Shown piece by piece: positions 8,424-15,877 of a stretch of DNA of 32,000 bases. A program made the translations under genes and the position numbers. The notes beneath the pieces were generated by a model. The model was not told the origin of the DNA. It did not search any database and was given only the letters and a program-made list of their open reading frames with translations. The stretch comes from an uncultured Nitrososphaerota archaeon (GTDB lineage: Archaea; Korarchaeota; Korarchaeia; Korarchaeales; Korarchaeaceae): the NCBI GenBank assembly GCA_964480775.1, contig CAYZRF010000013.1, positions 25,032 through 57,031 on the forward strand. Reading direction: 5' to 3'. The stretch's first letter is position 1; each line of letters opens with the position of its first letter.

Positions 8424-9380
8424 ATGGGGTTACTAGCTGGCATAGATGGTGGAGGAAGTAAGACATTAGCTCTCGTCGCAGATGAGAATGGGTTTATTGT
8501 TGGGAAGGGATGGTCAGGATCTTCAAATCCCAATTTAATCGGGATTGATAGTTCTGTCAAAAACCTGAAATTAGCTTTAGTAAATGCTTTAAGTTCAAGA
8601 GAATTAGAGAAAATTAGTATCGCTGTGTTTGGAGTCGCTGGTTCTGAAACCAAAAAAGAACTTTCAGAAAAACTAGCTGAATCCTTAGAATTCGTAGATG
8701 AAGTAGTGGTTGTAAATGACTCCTTCGTTTGCCTAGCTGCTGGAACTCTCGGAAAACCAGGTGTTGTAGTCGTTGCTGGTACAGGCTCAATAACTCTTGC
8801 AGTTGATGATGAAGACAAGGTTTTCAGGGCGGGGGGCTGGGGCTATCTGCTAGAAGACGAAGGTAGCGGTTTACAGCTTGGAAAAGAAGCAGTTATGGAG
8901 ACATTAAGGTTTTTAGAGGGAAGAGCTTCTTCCAGTAAGCTTGTAGATGCAGTTCTTAAGAAATTAAAGGCTAAAGAGGTAAACGATCTGTTATCCGCCA
9001 TATATGGCAGCGACAATCCTGTCACTACGATTGCGTCCCTTGCGCCCCTTGTAGTCCAACTTGCAAATATGGGTGATCCTGCGGCTATGAGAATAGTTGA
9101 TAAGGCAACAGATGGACTAGTTTCTTGTGTAACATCAGTGATATCTCGCTCGTCATTCAGCTCCAAGCCCATACCTGTAATACTTAGTGGTGGAGTTTTC
9201 AAAGGGAAGGGAATATACTTGAAATTGCTGAAGTCAAAGCTAAACAAATTGGCCCCGGAGACTGATCCAAAACTCCTAGAATTGGAGCCCGCTATCGGAG
9301 CACTGATCTTAGCTTTTAAAAAGGCTGGACTTTTTAACTGCCGAGTTCTCGGCAACTTAATCGAATCCTATCAAAGATAG
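8424..9380 (+). CDS. BadF/BadG/BcrA/BcrD-type ATPase; GlcNAc/MurNAc kinase-like (MurK-like)
   Basis: ASKHA-fold motifs GIDGGGSKT, VAGTGS and GGWGYLLEDEGSG are present. It ends 12 nt before murQ. The start is uncertain (TTG 8370, ATG 8403 or ATG 8424). I chose 8424 (MGLLAGIDGGG) because ATTTTTTATTTT at 8389-8400 lies about 30 nt upstream. Confidence 0.8.
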   Translation: MGLLAGIDGGGSKTLALVADENGFIVGKGWSGSSNPNLIGIDSSVKNLKLALVNALSSRELEKISIAVFGVAGSETKKELSEKLAESLEFVDEVVVVNDSFVCLAAGTLGKPGVVVVAGTGSITLAVDDEDKVFRAGGWGYLLEDEGSGLQLGKEAVMETLRFLEGRASSSKLVDAVLKKLKAKEVNDLLSAIYGSDNPVTTIASLAPLVVQLANMGDPAAMRIVDKATDGLVSCVTSVISRSSFSSKPIPVILSGGVFKGKGIYLKLLKSKLNKLAPETDPKLLELEPAIGALILAFKKAGLFNCRVLGNLIESYQR

Positions 9381-9392
9381 GAGGGTATCATT

Positions 9393-10250
9393 ATGACTAA
9401 CAAAAAGCATGACTCTGAGATCAAAAAAGAACTTGAACGCTTAATTACAGAGAAAAGACACCCAAAGACTGTAAATATCGATGAACTCAGCACGATAGAG
9501 ATTCTCAAGGTCATAAACGAGGAGGACAAGAAGGTTGCGTATGCTGTTGAGAAAGTTCTCCCTGAGGTGGCAAAGGCTGTTGAGGAATACGTGAGAGCAC
9601 TGAGGTCTGGGGGGAGAGTCTTCTACGTCGGTGCTGGAACCAGTGGCAGGCTAGGGGTCATTGACGCTGCAGAGCTAATACCCACCTTTGGAATGGAGGA
9701 GGGAAGGGTTCAGGCCATCATTGCAGGAGGACCTGAGGCTATGTTCAGACCAAAAGAGGGCGCCGAAGACGATGAGCTAGTTGGAGAGGAGGAGATGGTA
9801 AAGAGAGGAGTGAGCGAGAAGGACTTTGTTATAGGTCTGTCTGCAAGTGGAAGAACCCCCTTTGTGATAGGAGCCCTTAGGAAGGCAAGAGAGCTTGGAG
9901 CAAAAACGGCTATAATCTCAGTAAATCCAGAATGTAAGGCTGGAAAACATGCTGACATCAAGATAATTCCGATGGTTGGGGAGGAGGTTATTACAGGATC
10001 TACCAGGATGAAAGCGGGCACAGCTGAAAAGATGCTGCTAACGATGATGAGCACGGCTGCAATGATAAGGCTTGGGAGGGTTAAAAGCAATCTGATGATT
10101 AACCTCCTACCCCTTAGTAAGAAGTTGAGAGAGCGGGCAAAGAGGATCGTAATGGAAGCTACTGGTGTAGGATACGAGCAAGCTACCAAAACACTGGAAA
10201 AAACAGGATATGACGTCGAAAAGGCCATAGAACTGATAAAATCCAACTGA
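9393..10250 (+). CDS. murQ: N-acetylmuramic acid 6-phosphate etherase
   Basis: 285-aa SIS-domain protein with MurQ-typical blocks: ID.L.T.EIL..IN.ED..VA.AV, GAGTSGRLG..DA.E..PTF, G.SASGRTP, ITGSTRMKAGTA.K. The C-terminal helical tail is present. GGAGGG lies 8 nt upstream of the ATG. Confidence 0.9.
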   Translation: MTNKKHDSEIKKELERLITEKRHPKTVNIDELSTIEILKVINEEDKKVAYAVEKVLPEVAKAVEEYVRALRSGGRVFYVGAGTSGRLGVIDAAELIPTFGMEEGRVQAIIAGGPEAMFRPKEGAEDDELVGEEEMVKRGVSEKDFVIGLSASGRTPFVIGALRKARELGAKTAIISVNPECKAGKHADIKIIPMVGEEVITGSTRMKAGTAEKMLLTMMSTAAMIRLGRVKSNLMINLLPLSKKLRERAKRIVMEATGVGYEQATKTLEKTGYDVEKAIELIKSN

Positions 10251-10276
10251 AGAGGATCAAGCAATAACATTCAGGA

Positions 10277-10295
10277 AATGGCCTAGGTGGCCATT
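10277..10295 (+). other. Stem-loop AATGGCC-TAGGT-GGCCATT downstream of murQ
   Basis: Perfect 7-bp stem starting 27 nt after the murQ stop. A second small hairpin ATCCG-GTAT-CGGAT follows at 10297-10310, then TTATTTAT about 30 nt before the next ATG. Confidence 0.3.
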
Positions 10296-10341
10296 ATCCG
10301 GTATCGGATTATTTATGTATGCAGGGCATTCCTACTACTGA

Positions 10342-11427
10342 ATGTCAGAACTACCAAAGGGTCTGATACCAAGAGTTGAAGTAAAACTCGAATTAGGGGG
10401 AAAAGCTATACTCAATGATAGAATAGCAGCTGTCTTGGAGGGAATTGAGAAGTACGGATCTCTTCTTGCAGCCTCCAGGCGATCTGGTATCCCCTACTCA
10501 AGAGCTTGGGATGGCATAGCTAAGCTTGAGAGAATTCTAGGTGACAAGGTCATCGAGCCCAAGAAGGGTGGGAGAAAGGGAGGAGGAGCAAAACTAACCC
10601 CCCTAGGAAAAGCAATTTTGGAAGAATACCGCAGAATCAGGGCGAGAGTTGATAGGTGCGTCGAAGGCATTGCAAAGGGTATTTCAGCCTCAAAAAGCCT
10701 TCCAGATCTAGCCATAGCAGGAAGCAACGATCACGTTCTAGAAATCTTGGTAGGGTTGCTGAGAGAGGAATACCCCGACATAGATGTTGAGATAGCTTGG
10801 ATAGGATCTGCTGGAGGTCTTGCCTCTTTGATGTTGGAAGAAGCTGATATAGCGGGCGTTCATCTGCTTGACTTGGCCACGGGAACCTACAACCTGCCTT
10901 ATCTTGAAAAATACTGGTTGAATGGAAGAGCTAGGGTAATTAGAGGATACAAGAGAGAAATAGGTCTTATAAGCAGGCCAGATAACAAAGTTGAGGACAT
11001 CAACCTTCTTTTTGATGGTAATCTGAAGTTCATTAACCGAAATTTGGGATCAGGAACTAGAGTTCTGCTGGAGTCCATCTTAACAAAGAAAGCTAAAGAG
11101 CGTGGAATTGATCCAAATGCCCTAAAAAAGAGGATAAAGGGTTTCGAGAGGGAGGTTAAAACCCATTTCGAGGTGGTCAGAGCTGTTGCTAGAGGAGAGG
11201 CTGATGTCGGGGTGGCTCTAAGGTATGCTGCTGAGATCTACGGCCTAAGCTTTACCCCTCTTGTTTGGGAGGAGTATGATTTCGTCATATTGGAGTCGAG
11301 GGTGGCAAAGAGTTCTGTAGAAGCCTTTCTCTCCGTATTAGGCTCTGAAGAGTTTATAAGGTCTCTAGAGAAGATTTCTGGATATCAAATTCCTCCTGAC
11401 ATGGGAATGGTTATTTACAAGCCCTAG
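10342..11427 (+). CDS. Transcriptional regulator: ModE-type N-terminal HTH fused to a periplasmic-binding-protein-like domain
   Basis: The N-terminus (RIAAVLEGIEKYGSLLAASRRSGIPYSRAWDGIAKLE...GGRKGGGAKLTPLGKAIL) matches the ModE N-domain pattern. The remaining roughly 240 aa look like a type-2 PBP fold. Ligand unknown. Confidence 0.75.
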   Translation: MSELPKGLIPRVEVKLELGGKAILNDRIAAVLEGIEKYGSLLAASRRSGIPYSRAWDGIAKLERILGDKVIEPKKGGRKGGGAKLTPLGKAILEEYRRIRARVDRCVEGIAKGISASKSLPDLAIAGSNDHVLEILVGLLREEYPDIDVEIAWIGSAGGLASLMLEEADIAGVHLLDLATGTYNLPYLEKYWLNGRARVIRGYKREIGLISRPDNKVEDINLLFDGNLKFINRNLGSGTRVLLESILTKKAKERGIDPNALKKRIKGFEREVKTHFEVVRAVARGEADVGVALRYAAEIYGLSFTPLVWEEYDFVILESRVAKSSVEAFLSVLGSEEFIRSLEKISGYQIPPDMGMVIYKP

Positions 11428-11483
11428 CCTCTGAGATTAAGCTTATAACATGCGTTAAAAATGCTTTTTATTAGACCCGTTTA

Positions 11484-11529
11484 AGTCCTTGTTTTAATAT
11501 TACAATTAATTTTGTAATAGTTAAGGACT
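11484..11529. repeat. Nested palindrome AGTCCTT...ATTACAA-TTAATT-TTGTAAT...AAGGACT
   Basis: The inner 7-bp arms lie at 11499-11505 and 11512-11518 around the palindromic spacer TTAATT. The outer 7-bp arms lie at 11484-11490 and 11523-11529. The element sits in the 215-nt gap between the regulator gene and glmS. Confidence 0.5.
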
Positions 11530-11585
11530 CCACATTCTCCTCGCTAAGCCTAAAGTCTGACTTCTAAAACGGTATTTTCAATCCG

Positions 11586-11594
11586 TTTTAAATA
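11586..11594 (+). promoter_or_regulatory. Candidate TATA box (TTTTAAATA) for glmS
   Basis: It lies about 50 nt upstream of ATG 11643, implying a leader of about 20-25 nt that contains GGTG 8 nt before the ATG. It overlaps the 3' arm of the hairpin TAAAACGG-N10-CCGTTTTA (11565-11590). Confidence 0.3.
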
Positions 11595-11642
11595 GAGACT
11601 GGCTTTACTGAGAGAATTGGTTGCATTTAAGGTGCATAATTT

Positions 11643-13418
11643 ATGTGCGGAATTTTCGGGTACATAGGTTTCAGAAAACTTGGTCCAATCATACTTGAAG
11701 GGCTAAAGAGGCTTGAGTATAGGGGTTATGATTCTGTTGGAGTTGCTTTCATAAGTTCGGGTCTCCATATAATTAAGGACGCTGGTAAGATTGATGAGAT
11801 AAGCCGAAAGTTCAATCTTGCAGGAATAGAGGGAAGGCTGGGCATATCCCACACGCGTTGGGCAACTCATGGAGCAGTTACCAGAGCTAACGCGCACCCT
11901 CATATATCATGCAATGGGAAGATAGCCGTCGTCCACAATGGAATCATTGAGAACTACATTGACCTGAAAAATGAGCTCATCTCGCTAAGTCATAAGTTCA
12001 GGAGCGAGACCGATACCGAAGTAATTCCTCATCTCATAGAGGAGTTTTACAAAAAGACTGGCGATCCCTTAGAGGCCGTATTCAGGGCTGTTTCTAGGCT
12101 GGAAGGAAGCTTTGCTTTCTTAATAATATTCGAGGATCATCCTGATAAGATCTTCGCGGTTCGTTACAAGTCACCTCTCGTCATAGGGTTAGGTAGCGGA
12201 GAAAATTTCGTTGCCAGCGACGTTCCTGCTTTCCTGAAGTACACAAACAGGGTAATGTTCCCAGACGACCCAGAGGTTGCTGTCATAGGCAAAGATTCAG
12301 TCGAAATTTTCAACGCTCTAACGAAAGAGAAGGTGAGTAAAGAAGTAGTTACGGTTCCATGGAGCGTGGAGGACGCTGAGAAAGGAGGATATCCCCACTT
12401 TATGATGAAGGAGATTATGGAGCAATGCTACACCATAACGAGAGTTCTTGGACAAGACGACAGGATTAGAGAGGCATCTAAACTCATCAAGGAGGCCGAG
12501 AATGTCTTTCTAGTAGCTGCAGGCACTAGCTACCACGCATGTCTCGCTGCAAACTATTGGTTTGCGGAAATAGCTGGTGTCGATGCTAAAACCATCCTTG
12601 CCTCAGAATTCCCCTATATTGCAAATCTGGTCGACGACAAAAGCCTAGTCATAGCTGTGTCCCAGAGCGGTGAGACAGCTGATGTACTTGAGAGCGTGAG
12701 ATTGGCAAAGGAAAGGGGATCTAAAGTCTTAGGCATCGTAAATGTGGTAGGCTCAAGCCTCATGAGGATTAGCGATGCCTTCCTGACGATTAACGCTGGA
12801 CCAGAGATCTGTGTGCTAGCAACCAAGAGCTACACGTCTCAACTAGCCATCCTATACCTTCTAGTCAATGATCTCGTTGGAAGACTTGAAGAGGCAAAAA
12901 AGGAGATAAAGAGAGCTGAGACCTTAGTTGCGCAAATGCTTGAGAGCGGAGCTCTTTTATACGAGGTTAGGAGGATAGCAGAATACCTCTCTGACTTTGA
13001 ACACTTGTTCCTGATTGGCAGGGGTATAAGTTATGCTACTTCGCTCGAAGGTGCCCTCAAGATAAAAGAGGTATCATATATTCATGCTGAGGGCTTTGCA
13101 GGCGGAGAATTAAAGCATGGAACCCTTGCTCTGATCGAAGAAGGCACTCCATGCATAGCTATTGTGCCAGAGGACGAGACTAAAGATCAGATCCTGGGAA
13201 ATGCCATGGAGATCAAGGCCAGAGGCGGTTACATCATAGGGTTGTCTCATGAGGAACACGAGGTTTTTGATGAGCTCATCAGAACCCCTTCAGAAACTTC
13301 CCTCTCTCCGATAGTTATGATAGTTCCCCTGCAGCTTCTGGCCTACTATCTTGCCCTAGAGAGGGGTTGTGATGTGGACCAGCCAAGGAATCTTGCGAAG
13401 TCTGTAACTGTCTTGTGA
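11643..13418 (+). CDS. glmS: Glutamine--fructose-6-phosphate aminotransferase (isomerizing)
   Basis: Starts MCGIFGY (Cys2 nucleophile of an Ntn amidotransferase). Two SIS domains are present (SQSGETADV, GFAGGELKHG), and the C-terminus is LAKSVTV. 591 aa. Confidence 0.95.
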   Translation: MCGIFGYIGFRKLGPIILEGLKRLEYRGYDSVGVAFISSGLHIIKDAGKIDEISRKFNLAGIEGRLGISHTRWATHGAVTRANAHPHISCNGKIAVVHNGIIENYIDLKNELISLSHKFRSETDTEVIPHLIEEFYKKTGDPLEAVFRAVSRLEGSFAFLIIFEDHPDKIFAVRYKSPLVIGLGSGENFVASDVPAFLKYTNRVMFPDDPEVAVIGKDSVEIFNALTKEKVSKEVVTVPWSVEDAEKGGYPHFMMKEIMEQCYTITRVLGQDDRIREASKLIKEAENVFLVAAGTSYHACLAANYWFAEIAGVDAKTILASEFPYIANLVDDKSLVIAVSQSGETADVLESVRLAKERGSKVLGIVNVVGSSLMRISDAFLTINAGPEICVLATKSYTSQLAILYLLVNDLVGRLEEAKKEIKRAETLVAQMLESGALLYEVRRIAEYLSDFEHLFLIGRGISYATSLEGALKIKEVSYIHAEGFAGGELKHGTLALIEEGTPCIAIVPEDETKDQILGNAMEIKARGGYIIGLSHEEHEVFDELIRTPSETSLSPIVMIVPLQLLAYYLALERGCDVDQPRNLAKSVTVL

Positions 13419-13429
13419 TTTTGGTGGTG

Positions 13430-13924
13430 ATGCCTGAGTTGGGCTTCCAGATTAGAAGAATGAGAGAAAACGACATAGACGACGTGGTAAAGGTCTATTT
13501 GGATTGCTTCAAGGGAATGAGGGATCCCGAGGTTGTTGAAAGGTGGATAAGGTGTAACTTCAATGCATATCCAAGGATGCAGTACTTCGTTGCAGAAATG
13601 GATGGCAAGGTAGTTGGTTACATCCTATGGGTTGAAATAGGAGGGTTCAGGAAAGAGGCAGTCCTAGAGCTAGAGCAAATAGGTGTACTTAGAGATTACA
13701 GGGGACAGGGAATAGGAAGCAAACTCATTATCAAGTCGCTTGAGGAAATGAAGAAATACCTAATAGAAAGGGGCTCTAAGCTCAAGCTAGTCGAAGTTAC
13801 CACAGGAACAAGCAATCAAGCACAGAAACTCTACATGAAAACCCTGAACGCTAAGCCAGAGTGCTTGATAAAGGATCTGTTTAGAGGAGACGAACTCATA
13901 ATGATAGCTAGGTTCAAGGACTAG
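13430..13924 (+). CDS. GNAT-family N-acetyltransferase
   Basis: Acetyl-CoA-binding motif-A-like segment IGVLRDYRGQGIGSKLI. Candidate starts are GTG 13415 (GTGA overlap with the glmS stop) and ATG 13430. Acceptor substrate unknown. Confidence 0.8.
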   Translation: MPELGFQIRRMRENDIDDVVKVYLDCFKGMRDPEVVERWIRCNFNAYPRMQYFVAEMDGKVVGYILWVEIGGFRKEAVLELEQIGVLRDYRGQGIGSKLIIKSLEEMKKYLIERGSKLKLVEVTTGTSNQAQKLYMKTLNAKPECLIKDLFRGDELIMIARFKD

Positions 13925-14562
13925 AAGTACTTCTCTAATCCACTCTCCCCTGGGCTCTCTAGGGTCCTTAAAAGCTCTTTAAGCCTTAAAAAGTCCTCCT
14001 CAAGCAGTTTTCTAGTTCTCGGATTGTATAGAGCGGCAGCAGGATGGAGAGTTGGCATTAACAGAACTTCTAAGCCGAACAGTCTGACCTTCCTAACTTT
14101 TCCTCTTTCTCTCATGATTGAAGTGGCCCTGTGGCCCGCCAACTCTAATATTTCCATCATGCTGTGCCTGCCTAAGGTTACTATGAGTTTTGGGGAGATT
14201 ATTTCTATTTGCTTCTCTAAGTAAGGCTGGCAAGCCTTTTTCTCGGATGCCGCTGGATCCCTGTTGTTGGGCGGCCTGCACTTGACCACGTTTGTGATGT
14301 ATACTTCCTCTCTATTCAAGCCAGCTAGCTCCAAGAGTTGATCGAGAAGCTTTCCAGCGGCCCCAACGAAAGGCCTGCCTTGAAGATCCTCCTTCCTTCC
14401 AGGAGCTTCTCCTATGAACATCACTCTGGCTTCTAGCGATCCTTCCCCCGGGACTGCATTCTTCCTTGATTTATACAAGGGACAGAAGGTGCAAGATCTT
14501 ATCTTTTCCTCTAATTCCAGCATTTCCTTCTCTTTTTCTCCTCTTTTAGGTGTCAAACCCAC
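13921..14562 (-). CDS. udg: Family-4 uracil-DNA glycosylase (Fe-S type)
   Basis: Carries CTFCPL...GEAPG (motif A)...VKCRPP..., HPAAAL (motif B) and four Cys for the 4Fe-4S cluster. The start may be ATG 14523 (MLELEEKIRSC) rather than GTG 14562. Confidence 0.85.
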   Translation of the reverse strand: MGLTPKRGEKEKEMLELEEKIRSCTFCPLYKSRKNAVPGEGSLEARVMFIGEAPGRKEDLQGRPFVGAAGKLLDQLLELAGLNREEVYITNVVKCRPPNNRDPAASEKKACQPYLEKQIEIISPKLIVTLGRHSMMEILELAGHRATSIMRERGKVRKVRLFGLEVLLMPTLHPAAALYNPRTRKLLEEDFLRLKELLRTLESPGESGLEKYF

Positions 14563-14668
14563 CAGGATATGATTGAGTGAAATAATGAAAAACTTAGGTG
14601 GAGTGGTTCCTTGACCTTCGGATCGATATCGGAGGCGACGAAGGTATTAAAGGAGATCTTGACTGTCG

Positions 14669-14956
14669 ATGATGGGACCCCAGTTGCAGCCATTGGTTGA
14701 CATTGTCGGGATAATACTTCGTGTTTTGAACTTTCTTCAGAACCTGATCCTTAAGTTTCTGGAAGAGACCATCCTAGGCTCAAATCCAGAGCTTGCAACA
14801 CAGTTTAGCGGGGCTATTTCGACGTTAATCCTGATGACTGCACTTTACCTGCTCCTCTCATTTGTAGATGCACTAAGAAAAGTTATAGGCTACCTGATCC
14901 TCCTTGGATGGGGCTTACTAGGTCTAGCAATGCTATTAGCTACCTTAGCAGCCTGA
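14669..14956 (+). CDS. Small hypothetical membrane protein
   Basis: 95 aa with two or three hydrophobic helices. I recognise no family. Kept because it is the only ORF filling this gap. Confidence 0.4.
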   Translation: MMGPQLQPLVDIVGIILRVLNFLQNLILKFLEETILGSNPELATQFSGAISTLILMTALYLLLSFVDALRKVIGYLILLGWGLLGLAMLLATLAA

Positions 14957-14983
14957 CATTTCCTTTTTCTTACTGGCCTAAGC

Positions 14984-15797
14984 TTAGATTTTGACCTTTC
15001 TTAACAGTTGAGCATTAAGTACAACGATTATGGTGCTTGCAGCCATTGCAAGAGCTCCCCACTCCGGCCTAAGTGTTATTCCTAATGGAATGAAGAGACC
15101 AGCAGCTGCCGGGATTGCAAGAGCGTTGTAACCAGTGGCCCAGATTAAGTTCTCCTGCATCTTTTTCATCGTTGCCTCACTCAACTTTATGAGCCTAACG
15201 ATATCTCTAGGATCGTTCTTTACCAAAACCACATCAGCAGATTCTACTGCAACGTCAGTTCCTGCACCTATTGCTATCCCAATGTTTGCTCTTACGAGAG
15301 CTGGAGCGTCGTTTATGCCATCTCCTACCATGGCTACCAAGCTCCCATCTGCCTGAAGCTCCTCTATCTTCTTCGACTTATCTCCTGGAAGGACCTCTGC
15401 AAAGAATCTGTCGAGGCCAAGCTGTTCAGCTACATAGCTCGCGGTCTGTTATCTCCTGTCAGCATGATCACCTTTATGCCCATTTCCCTAAGAGTTGCGA
15501 TAGCTTCCCTAGATTCCTCCCTTATCAGATCTGCAAGGCCTATTATTCCCTCCAACTTATTTCCAGAAGCTACGAAAACTAAGCTTTTCCCTTGAGATGC
15601 CAACCTCTCAACGTCTGCCTCCCAATTGTCCTGAGGTGTCTCTCTCCAGGGTTCCTTGAGTCAAAGGTGGATAATCCCTTCGATGAATCCAAACTAGAGG
15701 AGGCCAGAAAAATGATCATTTGGGCTTTAGAGAAGATAAGAAAAGAAACCTCCGAAAACACATGAGGGAATAACTGAGCTGAGAACTTTGTGATCAA
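14984..15797 (-). pseudogene. copA: Remnant (C-terminal third) of a heavy-metal P1B-type ATPase, CopA-like, with frame disruptions
   Basis: The intact tail has MVGDGINDAPAL...AIGAGTDVA.ESADVVL plus the last two TM helices. Upstream, LVFVASGNKLEGIIGLADLIREESREAIATLREMGIKVIMLTGDN is in a different frame, with the shift near 15443-15450 (TAG in one frame, TAA in the other). There is a further frame change near 15600-15660 and a faint SEHP-region similarity up to about 15790. No DKTGT, CPC or HMA-encoding sequence follows. Confidence 0.75.
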
Positions 15798-15844
15798 GAG
15801 AAAGACGTTGGTTGGACGTATTTAATTCGCTGGAACAAAACGAC

Positions 15845-15854
15845 AAAAATATAG
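15845..15854 (+). promoter_or_regulatory. Candidate TATA box (AAAAATATAG) for the DUF917 gene
   Basis: Centred about 28 nt upstream of ATG 15878, consistent with a leaderless or near-leaderless archaeal transcript. No SD is present. Confidence 0.4.
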
Positions 15855-15877
15855 TTTTCCCCTGACACGACGGCAAG

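Noticed and set aside
8387-9355. Two long antisense ORFs (143 and 170 aa) opposite the kinase gene
   Set aside because: Their translations are S/T/P-rich and low in complexity, with no recognisable motifs. They mirror a sense gene that carries clear ASKHA motifs. This is a typical shadow-ORF effect of purine-rich codon usage.
9710-10270. 186-aa antisense ORF opposite murQ
   Set aside because: The sense strand encodes an unmistakable MurQ. The antisense product is low in complexity (runs of S, I, L, P) and would run through the murQ stop.
11428-11642. Possible glmS ribozyme/riboswitch in the 215-nt glmS leader region
   Set aside because: The region is very AT-rich. I could not recognise the conserved GC-rich pseudoknotted core of the bacterial glmS ribozyme, and that element is not known from archaea. 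The observed structures are reported as palindromes instead. A covariance-model scan would settle it.
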